From Callorhinchus milii (Eukaryota), in the NCBI RefSeq assembly GCF_018977255.1, contig NW_024704769.1:3968001-4032000 (forward strand): a DNA stretch of 64,000 nt, given 5' to 3'. Both the position numbers and the translations under genes were made by a program. A model generated the notes under the pieces. The model made no database searches, was not told where the DNA came from, and saw only the letters and a list, made by a program, of their open reading frames with translations. Positions 1 to 20,422 of the stretch are shown one piece after another; position 1 is the first letter of the stretch, and the number at the start of each line of letters is the position of its first letter.

Positions 1-1295
1 CTCTGTGGGAATCTAATTCTACTCTCCTATTGTTGTTTTTTTTATATAATGTTGGTTCTGCAAGGTATCTGGCTGGCTCAGTAGGTGGCATTCTCACCTC
101 AGAGTCAGAAAGTTTTGGGGTCAAGACCCACATTAAGACTTTGAGCTTGTTGTCTTCAATGTAAGGCTGCGGGGTGGTGGTGGGGGTGGGGGTGGGGGGG
201 GGAGAGAGCGCGCTGCATTATCAGAGGCACCGTCCTTCATTTGAGACGTTAAACCGAGCTGCCTGTTCAGGTGGACGTTAAAGGTCCCATTGCGCTATCC
301 GAGAAGTGAAGGGAGTCTCTTCTGGCGTCCTGGCCAACAGACTGCCAGCTGTTTGCGGGACTTTGTTGCCCTGTGTTTGCCTACGAAACACACTCACTCA
401 CTGCACTTCACAGGAAAATTCTGTGAAGCACTTGGAAACATTTCGACAAAGAGCCAGAGGGAGGATGAGGAGAATTATTTTTTTTTTTTACCCAGAGAGC
501 CGTTACAGTTTGGAACGCACCGCCTGAAAGGGCGATGGGAGCAGATTCCATGGTAGCTTTCGAAAGGGAATTGGATGGGGACTTGAAAAGAAAAAAATTG
601 TGCAGGGCTGTGGGATAAGAGCGGAGGGAGTGGGACTAGTTGTTAGCTCTGTCACTAAGCCGGCACAGGCACGAAGGGCCAAATGACCTCCTTCTGTGCT
701 GTAAATTCCTATGATTCTATGAACACGACAAGGTACTGTATCAAAAGCAAGGACTTTTATTATCGTTGTAATAAATACTTGATCCTGTTTTTCTCACGGA
801 GTTGGGTTGGCTAAGTGTGCCGGTTCCATTTGGCGTTAGTTTAAAGACAAAACAACTGTACGTTATTTTGCAAAAACTTGGCAGCAGGCAGGACAAAGGC
901 TAACTTAATTAAACTGTTCAAAACGTTAATTGTTTTATGCTGTTTAACATCTGCAGTGTGGTCATTCCAAGACAAGTAAACAGATGTCAGTAACCCACTC
1001 ACACAGGGGTACTGTAAATATCGAGGCACATCTTTGTTCTGCCTAAACATTGCAATGATCATCACAGTTGATGAGTACAAAGTGGGTGAAAGAGCTTGTG
1101 TTAATCTAACTGTAGGAATGACGCCTTTTCTGAGCTAGCATCACCCATCTCCACGGCAGAGCGAGAGATGTCAAGGTTGACTTGTCAAAGCAGGACAGGC
1201 AACAGATCGTGTCCACTTGTGTATATACTCCCTTCGCAAACGCGGTTGCTGACGCCACCTCTTTCCTTCTGCGTGCTGCACGGCTTTCTCTGCAG

Positions 1296-8961
<7,666 letters not shown>

Positions 8962-11900
8962 ATCTCATGCCAGCTGGTCCATGGATCTACTGTGTGCGGT
9001 TGGTGGAAACTAAGATCGAGGACCGTTTTGTTTAGAACCTAAAGAAGGTGTCAGGTGAGGATTGTTAATCTTACAAAAAAGTGCTTGTGAGAAGCAGGAT
9101 GTGCAACAGTGTTAATAGCAGCGATGTGAATTGTCATTCATCATTGGGTTTTACTAGACAAGTAAAAGAGATTTATTTGTGTGCCAGCTATCTCCGTGAG
9201 CAGAGTCTGCTTTCTCTGATCTACAACTACTTGCTGTGAAACTTAAAACTATAATCACATTGATGCAAACCAGCAATATTTTCTGCTTTCTCCAAAGGAT
9301 TTGTGTTTTTCACAAATCATTTAATGGCTGTTTGTGGGGCACAAAATGGCTGCTTTGTTCACCTACAAAATATACACTCACTACACTTCACAGTAAATCC
9401 TATGACGTTCTATGTTAAGTCCTCCGACATGAAAGGCGCTGTATCAAATATAAGAATTAGTATTACTTATAAAACCATCCCTGAACTTATTTGGCAAAAG
9501 GAATAGACAGTCCTACAAACAGCTGTTTTCTGAGTTCCATAGCCTTTAACAATCATGTTTGAAAGCACATGGCATATAGCTGTTTAACTCTGAACCTTAA
9601 AAACATAGGGTATAATTACAGGTTTCATCAATCAGCAAAATGCTATGTATTTTTTTATGAAGCTGGTTTCTTTATTAAACACAGAAAGTGGGTCTTTGTA
9701 ACATACATATTTAGAGGTTATAGCTCCTCCAATAAATCCCTTCCCTGACAAATCTGTGGAATGTATATAATCATAGAATTTTACAGCACAGAAGGCCATC
9801 CAGCCCATCGTGCCTGTGCAGCTCTTTGACAGAGCTACCACCTAGTTCCACTCCCCCACTCTTACCCCGTAACCCTGCATTTTTTTCCTTTTCAAGTACC
9901 TATCCAATTCCCTTTTGAAACCTGCTATCGAATCTGTTTCCACCACCCTTTCAGGAAGTGCATTCCAGACCATAACAACTCCCCGGGTAAAAAAAAAAAA
10001 TGTCTCCTCGTCTCCCGTCTGGGTCTTTTTTCCAACTATCTTAAATCTGTGCCCTCTGGTTACCGACCCACCCATCTATCTCTACCTACTCCATCAAAAC
10101 CCCTCATAATGTTGAACACCTCTATTAAATCTCCTCTCAACCTTCTCTTCTCGAAGGAGAACAATCCCAAGGTTTGGCAAGCCATCAAGGAACAGCGCAG
10201 CTATCAGATGTGCTATGTGATATGCCATAAATAAAATACTCCAATACAGCAATTTATCCATGAATCCCGCAGGGAATGTTGATGTGTTATTTGCACCAGG
10301 TGAGAAGAAAGGATTATGTCTAACAAGATTTTAGTGCTTTCGTTGACTAGAGTTTTAAGATTGTGTTAAAAAGATTGCATGCAACTTAGCTGTGCCTCTC
10401 CCACACCCCCTCCACACTCATTCCAGATGTGCAGGGAGCGAATGCAACCGGAGAACATAGAAAACCAGTGATGTCTGAAATCATTCCAGGTTCCACAATA
10501 CAACCACAATTTACTTGCAGTTTTATCTGTCCGGTTGCTTAACATTTGCAGCTCTATGTCACTGCAAGTGAAATTTCGTTACTGGTTATTGTACAAAATC
10601 AAAACTCTGGAATATTCTCCCTGGGGCCCTCTGCCTTGTCCCCTTCCTTCCCATCTTCAGATCACGCCTGAACACCTGCCTCTTCAACCATACCTATAGT
10701 CATCTACCCCTTCCACCCGGCTCGGCGTCAGGCTCCAACACTGTCAAGCGTTCTGGGAAGCTCCCCTGCGTGAGGGACGCTATGAATGCAAATAAATAAA
10801 ATGCAAGTTGTTGTTGGTTTGGTAGCGAGAAGAACGTGGCACTTCGCCCCTGGAAAGGCATGTTTAAACTTACTGGGTAGGACAGGAATTTAAGCTTATT
10901 CTTTCTGGCAGATCCACACCAAGGAATCTGCTGCCAGTTCTTTTTACACAGATATTATATAACAAGTATTTTTTGGACCAAACGGCAATGAACATTCCGA
11001 AGGGTTGCTACTACATGTTTGCCCTGTACAAGAGTTCCTTTATGTTTTGCAAATGTATTCACACAAGTTATTTTTTACAGAATAAAAGGATATAATAAAA
11101 TAAGTCAGTTTTTAAAAGGTTTTTCAAACGATGGTTAACATTCATACATTGCGGTGTCCTTAGTGTAGTGGTTAGGGCACTCGCCTCGCAAGTGAGAGGA
11201 CCCGGGTTCGATTTCCAGGCAAGGACACAAGCATGTCCCATGGCTGACCCTCTCCAAGCATTGTACAAGCTGCCAAATGGATGTCTTTGTCAAGTGCCAG
11301 TTACACAGAACATTCATTCTGAACCTTATAGCAATAAAAAAAAAGGATTTTATTTAGAAAAAATTCTACATGATATAGGTTTCAAAAAAAAAAAACACAC
11401 GAACAGACATAGCTCACTTAGTCACCCTCCTATTCTGCAATACCAAGTACAAAAACACAAACAAACACAATCTGGGCGTTTTCAGATCACTTCCCAGCAC
11501 TTTGTTGGGCAGAGAGGAGAATTTAAAGTATTATACGATGATACGAGTACCAAAAGGTTAAAAGCCCAGAAGCCTGGTGAATAAATAAAAAATTCCAGCA
11601 TCAAAATATGTGACGTTGGACATTTTGCAGCTCCACCTTCTCCGCACTAGCTTAAAATGGTTGCTTCAGAGTGCCGTGAACTTTCAGTGCTCACACAGCA
11701 GACGTGAGGATGTTCAAACTGTGTATATACACCATGTCCTGTAACAGAGCAGCTATGAGCTCCATACGGGTGTGGAGCAGGGAAGTGAGAACTGAAAATC
11801 TAAAAAGTATATGAGGCTCCGGGTTTATACTCCTGAGGGTGGGAACGGGAACTTTCTGAATGTGTCAGTTTTATTTGCAGTGTCTTCCTTCCCCGGACGA

Positions 11901-12137
11901 AGGGAAAAATGGAGAAATTGACAGCAGGAAACTGTACAGCACAAAGAATTTCTCACAACACAACCGCCACCTAGCTGAGGACTGAGAACATCCTTGTAAG
12001 ATACTGAAATCCACAGTTAGGTCACTTCAAATGACTTAGGGCAACTTTTTTTCAGCTCACTCACTCACTCACTCGAATGGACAAACCTGCGGGGGTAAAA
12101 CACTGCAAATACACAGTAAGTGCCCGCACACGTCCGT

Positions 12138-15100
12138 TCAGTGACTGGTGTCCATTTGTACATCTTCGCCCTCCTCAGCACAGAAAGCTGAGAAGCTGAT
12201 TGGCTGGCACTCAAGCGTCCGCAGGTTCACCAGACACGCCTTCTGGGTGGTGGAGAATTCTGGCACCGCTATCAACAGCACTTGTTGTCCATCTACGCCT
12301 GAGAACAGAGAGTGTCCTTCATTACTCCACGGCTCAGAGTAAAAATTGCACACAAGCTGAAAGTGCAGCCAGGACAGGAGATTCCAATATTGGTTACAGT
12401 GCTTTCCCTATCCTCAAATCAGGAGGAAGCCCAGATGAGTATCAGACAAGCAAGAACATAAGAATTTGCTGGGCGAAAGAAGACCAACGTCCATCCAGTT
12501 CACCTTCCACTGTGCTGGCAGTTACATTCACAAGTTATACCCCAAACTATATACTCTATCCACAGATATTATTTCCTAACAGAAATCTAGCTCATTTGCT
12601 CCTGAAAGAATCAACACTTTTTGCTTCCACCATCTGACTCCTGGGGAACCTCTTCCATACGATTACTACTCGGTCACTGAAGCAGTGTCTCTGCAGATAC
12701 TTGAACTGAACTCGATTAAGGACTTGATCGCTGTCAATTGTAGAACATTCTTGTGCAGAAAGAACTAATCCAATCTGTGCATTTTATGGAAAGGCTCGTT
12801 TTGTTTTGACTCAACTCTACTTGGCGGTAACCAATCCAAAAATACCTTGGCTCTCATCGGTCAAACTCCATCCTAAAGGCACCAGAACAAGTGTCTCGGC
12901 CAAGAACATCCAACCCAATGAATTCATTGACATGCACCATAAACATCAACTGCCTCAAATTACAATAGCCAGCTGGTTTCAAATACAGCCTCAACCAACT
13001 CAATATCATTCTGTGATCCAAACTCAGCACAGTGCGCAACTACAAACTGAAAGATGAGATACTGCAGGAGATATTGGATTGAGAAATTCACCATGCTCCT
13101 TACTTTAGACATACAGTAAAAGTAGGGAGGGAACAGCAACCACAAACTGCACTTATAATAGACCTTTCACATCGGAAGGACGTCCCAAGGCGCTGGAAAG
13201 AATGAATGACTTGATTCTACTCTGAAATCGTGATTGGATTAATGGCTTGAGAAGTTAAATCAACTGGAAAGGCATCTACAATGATAGAAAGATCATTTAA
13301 GTTTTCCTTTAGTATTAAAAAGATTCATTAAAGATAGCACATTTGGCTTTCCACTGTGTAATGTTAGTATCTAATCCAAGTCCCACGTGCAAACCAGTTC
13401 CATTCAGTACTGTGCTGACTGAGCACTTGATCACTATCGCTGTAAGTTGTGGGAAGTAATGGAAACACACCATTTCTAGTTGCTCAAGTATCAATACCAC
13501 TGCAGGTTATATTCAGTGAGTGATCTCTGCTCCTCTGCGAGTAGATTACACCCCTTCCCCGTCTTGAACACAAAAGAATACCTTGGTTCTGCAGCATAGT
13601 CCCGCATATATCTGCTTCCCCAACACAACCCACCCCCCCCCATCACCACCCCCCCATTGTAACTGCGGCCCTCACCTTTGATGACCTTGGATTTGAAAGA
13701 AGGAGCGTTGCCACAGAAGTAAATGTGCGGGCACTCCTCCAGAATGAAGGGGTCTTTCAAGTAGAATGGGTAACATCCTAAAATAAAAACAGAAAGATCA
13801 AAGTCAATAGAAAGCTGACTGTCTTCAGCAACCTGTGCGCCTCCCTATAACCCATGCATATATCTATGGAACTCTCAGTCTGGTATGGAAACTCTTAAGC
13901 ATGGTAATGGGTTTCCGCATGTCAGACACTCGACTAACAAACAAAATGGACAGTGGATGCACTCTTGGGTGATTGTTCCTCAGGTACAGTACTTACCCAA
14001 CGTATCTGGGGCTGTGGGACTGATGTGGCCAATCCGGAGGGTCCACTCCAAGATCTCTAGGTAATCCTCCATACTGCTGTAGTGGTAAATGTCACTCACA
14101 TTCTGTCCAGCTGTGCCCAGGAACCTAACACAGGAATGTAGAACTCAAGTCACTCAGCATTGAGATAAGAACATAAGAATTGCGAGGTGACATGAGAAGG
14201 CATTAAATACCCAGTAACTCATTTTACAGTATATTCTGTGAAGCGCTTTGAGATGTCTAAATGACATGATAAGGTACCATATCAAATGCAAGGATTATTA
14301 TCATCATATCAAATGCAAGGATTATCTTATTATTTGAAGGCTTGTTCCTCCTTACCTGACTCCATCAATGTCGGCCTGATAGGGATTGGTGACCAGCTGC
14401 ATGGTAGGGTAGGTGGCCGCTTGTGGGAACATGCAATGGTGGAGGGGCTGCTGAGGGAGTGTGTAATTTGTGGGATCAAATTCCCCCGGCATACAGTCAA
14501 CAGGGACAGAAGCCTGCAGTCAGACAGAGAAGTAAAAATCCCAAACGTTATGGACTCAAACTGAACCATTGACTATTGATTTCCACGTGAAGCTTGTCGA
14601 GTTAAAGGACTGAAACTGATTGCAAAACCAATTGCTATGCTTTCGATCTATAAAATTAAACACCTCGACATTTAAGATCCCATGTCACTACTGGAAAACA
14701 GAGTTTATGCTTTAGGGTCAGAGGCACTACTTATAAATATTTGACAAGACTGACATGGTACATAAATCCACGACTGTTTGTAGGATACTCCTGTGCGCAA
14801 ATTGACAACCGCGTTTCACCCACCAAATACATTCTGTGAAGCGTTTTGAGACGACTCAACAACGTGAATAAGGCGCTATATCAAGTGCAAGGATTATTAT
14901 TCTTATTATAAAGAAAGCAATTCATCCCTTTACACAGCCAGAGTCATTCAAACCCAAGACATTTACAACAGCAGCAAAGGTAGATGAAGATTGTTTGACT
15001 ATCACCATAGAGAGATGGGTTTTATCACTAGATGATTGAGGGAGACTTACGCTTAGCTGAACCAGGATCTCATCCAGCATTTTAACGGCTTCAACAGTGG

Positions 15101-17924
15101 CTGCCTGTGTCTTCTTTGTCAGGTACTTTGCCTTAAATCCACCAGATAACAGAGAAAATAAGAGAGAGCAATGTAACAAAATATCCCACCGGCCCACAGT
15201 TAATCTGCGAGTCTGAATCATGTTCAGATGCCCTCTTCCCCTCATCCTAGACACAGTCACCTCCATCTATGATCGACAGCAAGTGAACTATTCAATACAA
15301 AGTTCTGAACATAAATAGTCTTGCCCCACAAAATACACAGTCACTACACTTTACAGTATATTCTGTGAAGTCCTACTCATTTCTTTCAAGCGCTCTGGGA
15401 CGCTACCATGCATGAGCGGCGCTATATAAATGCAAGTTGTTGTTTCTATCACTGCCCCCGCCAAGATCGAACTTTAAAGTCAGATCAAAACTTGACCACC
15501 GCTGAAGGTAATTGCCCTGTGCTCTGTGCAACCGTTCACTCATCTCACCCAGATGACTAGCGAGTCAGCCTGAGCCAAACTGGGCCTAATTACCTTGTTG
15601 AAGGAGTCTTTGTTCTGGGTGTTCCTGCTCAGAAGGTTCCCAGCTAAGATCACACGGGATATTTCCGCAGCACTGCTCTGCTCTCCCTCGTCTCCCAATT
15701 GACCAGTCACCATGTCAATCAGCAGCTGCATGCCGAGGAGACTATCTGCGTTTCTTCCGCCCAGGCCGAGACCAGAGGCTAACAGAACATACCTTCAAAC
15801 AAACAGTCATGTGGAATAAATTCTCTCAAAAACTATTCAACTAACCTTTCAATGGCATAAAGCACCAAACATTACTTGCTCTGCATTCCTGATCATCTAA
15901 GTGTAAAATGCAGAGAGTGACAAAGTAAGAGACATATAATGGGTAATATAATGGGAATGTCTACTCCTGATCTTGTGAGACAGCACAGTCCATTCATTCA
16001 TCAACATCTGCAACTGTGGCTGTGCTTTCAATGGCAAGCTGGTTAAAAATGTACACTATGGTGGCCCCAAGCCTTAGCTCTCGCTAGTCTATGCTGAATC
16101 AGGTAAGCAGAATGAGTCCATCCAGGGAGAGAATGCACATCCCAATACAATACATTTCCATGTGTATATTTCCATGTGTAGTATGGTGTTTCAAGCATGG
16201 TGATGGGTTTCTGCATGTATCAAACACTCTGCTGACCCCCAAAAAGTGTCTGGAAGCTATGTCAGACTACATCAAGTGACTGATACCCTGGCTGATGACT
16301 GATACCCCGCCTCTCACCCATCAGGATCGGGTTCAGTCTCTCACCTGTCAGTAGCAGGACCTGCCATTTGCTGCTGTGGTGGGAGGTCAGCGGTACAGAA
16401 ATCTTCCACGAGGAATTTACCGTCTCCCTGTTCCGTTCCCAACAATCCCAGAATTACTCCTGGCAAAGGAATGCACAGGCACATTAAATCCAACTCCAGA
16501 AACAACCTCACTCAATTTGCCTCAGGCAAATCAAATTGTCGAACCAACCTGTGACAAATTTCTGAACATCAATAGCTCCCTCCAATTTGATTCGCTGCAA
16601 TTCATCCTCGAGAATAAGCTCGTCCAACTGATCGGTGAATTTTGTTCGCAGCGGCTGAGGCAACAGGTTGTGCTGAAAGGACAAAGAAACAATGTTAAAT
16701 CTTTTTTTGTTGAGCGCATTCTTCAGTTGAAGTTCCAATTATGTCTAGAGTCCCTTAGACTCCTACCTCTTCACTGATCTCCCGCAGGATGGAGGGTTTC
16801 AGCTCCATGTGCTTGAAGAGCGTCCCGATCACACAGCACCTCTCCCCGAGCTGAAGTTCACAGAGCTTCTTCACTGGCACGTCAGCACCTGGAAGACAAC
16901 AGCCAGTGCGTGCTGAGCCCCATTCCAACAGCACATCTGCTCGGGAGCATAGGAACAGGAGGAGGCCATTCAGCCCCTCAAGCCCGTTCCTCCATTCTAT
17001 TTGATCATGGCTGAACTATACCTCAGCTCTAATTTAAATGTTTATTTTAAATTATTTTAAATATAAATGTTTACCTCAAAATGAAAGGCCTGCGGGGAAA
17101 TATGTGGTGTAGGCGACTTATACTACAGGACATGTATATGGTAGGACAATAATTTGCAACAAATTTCCCCCCAGTGTTGTCGGCAGAGGACAGCAATGGT
17201 TTCAGGATGCAACATGCGGCAACAGGCCAAGTGCACAGCCAAGCGGCAGGAAAGCATCACTACAGATGGTTCGCTGGGCATGCAGGCTTTAAGGGGGCTG
17301 TTTATTCCCCCTTCTGCACAGTCAACCAAAAGCGGTATTGACAGAGTAGAGAATGAGGGCACAGTGCCATCCTCTGAAAATGCAGCACTCCGTAACATGG
17401 CATTGGAGTGTCGAGTACTGTCTAAGATTAGAAGCTCAAATCCTGAACCCACACCATCTGACTCAAAGTCGAGAGTGCTACCAATTTAGCCAGGCAACGG
17501 TACCGTTGGAATAACAGACTCTATACGTGCACTTCTTTCCGCAGAGCGACTCATAGCACCTTGGGACATCCTCCTGACGTGAAACGCGCTATTTAAATGT
17601 AAATCTGTACACTAAAATTTGCATTGTATTTACATTGACAAACTTGAACTTTGGTTTGTTCACACAAACACACGCCTACATGCGCGCGCCCACCGAGGAC
17701 TTACCCCATTTGTTTTTGACTCTCTCGGCCAGAAAACTTTGCATCTGGATAAGACGAACGGCGTAGATGTGTGCATACTGCCGGTTAAAGTTGCGCTCTC
17801 CTAGCGTGAAGCGTTCCGAGCAGTTCTTGTAAGAGGAAGTGGGCACTCGGTCAAACGTGGGAGCATCTTCCATGGGGGCTGAGAGCAGAGTTTGAGTTTT
17901 CTGGGCAGCTTTGTCAGAGAACAT
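12138..17924 (-). CDS. POLD2: DNA polymerase delta subunit 2 (p50), complete CDS in 10 coding exons
   Basis: Exons 17705-17924 ([18 protein letters not shown]), 16767-16888, 16549-16672 ([14 protein letters not shown]), 16345-16459, 15594-15792, 15051-15131, 14356-14513 ([18 protein letters not shown]), 13997-14124, 13676-13777 (CPHIYFCGN), 12138-12298. Probable non-coding exon 1 ends at a donor near 19326. Confidence 0.96.
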
Positions 17925-18311
17925 TGTGCGACTCTGTGACAAAATGAAATTAGTGTGTTAACAACAACAACCAATTACATTTACACAGCGCCTTTCACGT
18001 CAGGGTGTCCCAAAGTGCTGGACAGTCAAGGATATGCACCCGAGCTGGAGTTTGGGATCGGGAGGGGTGGAGGGCAGGGGAAGGAGGGTGACCGACGATG
18101 TAGTCGAAGAGGAAGGTCTTGAGACAGGCCTTGAAGGAGGCAAGGGTGGCGCAAGGCAACGGGACTGTTATTATTAATTATGTTATGAGTGGCAAGAAGA
18201 TGAACTGGAGTGTATTGCAAAGAAAACAAAATTATGAACCGCTCCAGGAACTAACTTGAATATTTAAATATTATAGTATTCTGAGAACATACACATGCAG
18301 ATAAGGACTAC

Positions 18312-19165
18312 GTGTGTGTATACAGCCATGTACCTATGTGTGNNNNNNNNNNNNNNNNNNNNNNNNNNNNNNNNNNNNNNNNNNNNNNNNNNNNNNNNNN
18401 NNNNNNNNNNNNNNNNNNNNNNNNNNNNNNNNNNNNNNNNNNNNNNNNNNNNNNNNNNNNNNNNNNNNNNNNNNNNNNNNNNNNNNNNNNNNNNNNNNNN
18501 NNNNNNNNNNNNNNNNNNNNNNNNNNNNNNNNNNNNNNNNNNNNNNNNNNNNNNNNNNNNNNNNNNNNNNNNNNNNNNNNNNNNNNNNNNNNNNNNNNNN
18601 NNNNNNNNNNNNNNNNNNNNNNNNNNNNNNNNNNNNNNNNNNNNNNNNNNNNNNNNNNNNNNNNNNNNNNNNNNNNNNNNNNNNNNNNNNNNNNNNNNNN
18701 NNNNNNNNNNNNNNNNNNNNNNNNNNNNNNNNNNNNNNNNNNNNNNNNNNNNNNNNNNNNNNNNNNNNNNNNNNNNNNNNNNNNNNNNNNNNNNNNNNNN
18801 NNNNNNNNNNNNNNNNNNNNNNNNNNNNNNNNNNTGTGTGTACAGCCATGTACCTGTGTGTGTGTGTGTACAGCCATGTACCTGTGTGTGTGTGTGTGTA
18901 CCGCCATGTACCTGTGTGTGTGTGTGTACCGCCATGTACCTGTGTACATGGAGTTTGTTTACGACAACGTTTAATGGCAGATGTTAATACAGAGGCAGGT
19001 TCTGGTCTCACTTTAAACAGCGACACCGAGACTGAGAGGGAGACCAGAGCCCGAGTGAGGAGTGAGGGAGGGAGTGAGTGACTGAGGGAGTGAGAGAGAG
19101 AGAGTGAGGGAGTGAGTGACTGAGGGAGGGAGTGAGAGAGAGAGAGTGAGTGAGGGAGGGAGGGG
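18312..19165. repeat. Simple repeats around an N gap (18343-18834) in POLD2 intron 1
   Basis: GTGTACAGCCATGTACCTGTGT units flank the gap. GAGTGAGG/GA repeats at 19050-19165. Confidence 0.9.
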
Positions 19166-19229
19166 GGAGGGGGAGGGCAGGCGGAGAGCGCGGAGCTGTG
19201 GGCAGAGGCCCCCCACACACTCACAGCCG

Positions 19230-19900
19230 CTCAGGAGCCGCTGTGTTTCATTGCCAGCCTGTGGCGGCGGCGGCGGCGGCCTCGGCCTCTCCGCTCCGTG
19301 TCTCCCCCCCTCAGGGCCGCTGTACCTCAGGGCCGCCGCCGCCGCCACAGACGCCGCTGCGAGTCCTCCCCCTCTCGCGCTGCTCAGCCCGAGATTCCCG
19401 CCAACCGTCGCCCTCGCGACCCGGTCCAAACTGCGCATGCTCAGTGCTGCCGAGCAGGCGGAGGGCACGCCGCGCATGCTCAGTGCTGCCGAGCAGCAGG
19501 AGGGCACACCGCGCATGCTCAGTGCTGCCGAGCAGGAGGGCACGCCGCGCATGCTCAGTGCTGCCGAGCAGCAGGAGGGCACGCCGCGCATGCTCAGTGC
19601 TGCCGAGCAGGCGGCGGGCACACCGCGCATGCTCAGTGCTGCCGAGCAGGAGGAGGGCACACCGCGCATGCTCAGTGCTGGAGAGCAGGACAAACGTGCA
19701 CGTGGCAATGGTCAACCCCGAGCCTCACAAAGCACACAGTCACTACTGTGGGTCAGCCTGGCTCGGGCGGTCACCCTCTCGAGCCCCCACGTCAGGTCCT
19801 GAAGGGCGGGCAGTCAGGCTCGGGCGGCCTCCGTGTACGGTCACACCGGTGTTCCGCAGAACTACCAATTCCAAAATGATTACAGCACTACTTTCCGGGT
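19230..19900 (-). promoter_or_regulatory. POLD2 CpG-island promoter and first non-coding exon
   Basis: CpG-rich. Donor CTGAG|gtacag at 19326. Seven GCGCATGCTCAGT units. ZNF143/ACTACA-like ACTACCAATTCCAAAATG at 19861. Confidence 0.7.
19431..19690. repeat. 36/39-bp minisatellite, 7 copies, each with an NRF1-like motif
   Basis: GCGCATGCTCAGTGCTG starts at 19433, 19472, 19511, 19547, 19586, 19625 and 19664. Confidence 0.95.
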
Positions 19901-20422
19901 CCCAACTGAACTCACAAGGATTGTGGGCGTTCGCTCACTGACCGAGTCCGACACAAACAGCGTTAGCTGGACATGGACGTGAAGCTCTGTACACTCAAAT
20001 GTTTTATTGATGTGTTTAGTCAACAACAACTTGCATTTACACAGCGCCCCTCATTGCATAGCGTCCCAGAGCGCTTGCGGGAGCACGACACCGAGCCGGG
20101 TGTAGGGGGTAAGGTGACTATAGGTACGGTTGAAGAGGAAGGTCTTCAGGCGCGACCTGAAGATGGGGAAGGAGGGGCAAAGCAGAGGGGTAAAGGGAGT
20201 TTTGGGGTGTAGTGTAGTGGCTGAAAGCGTGGCCACCGAGGGTGGAACAGAGGGTGCGAGGTACAAGCAGAAGGCTGGAGCCAGTCGAGCGGAGGCAATG
20301 GGTACTAGGTTGGGGAGTAAGCAAGTCGGAGAGATAGAGAAGTGCTGTGACTTTGATAATAGATAGTAGGTCAGGATTAACCAGCACACTGAGTTAGTTT
20401 CCTCTCCCGGCCTCAGCCCCCT

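Noticed and set aside
11152-11228. tRNA-Ala(CGC)-like sequence
   Set aside because: The D and T stems are mismatched and the acceptor stem is out of register. It matches the head of the abundant SINE family.
18264-19081. Long ORFs spanning X runs, also at 55212-57610
   Set aside because: Artefacts of N gaps.
19013-19941. Overlapping 130-260 aa ORFs with RMLSAAEQ repeats
   Set aside because: Stop-poor CpG island plus a 36/39-bp repeat. No recognisable domain.
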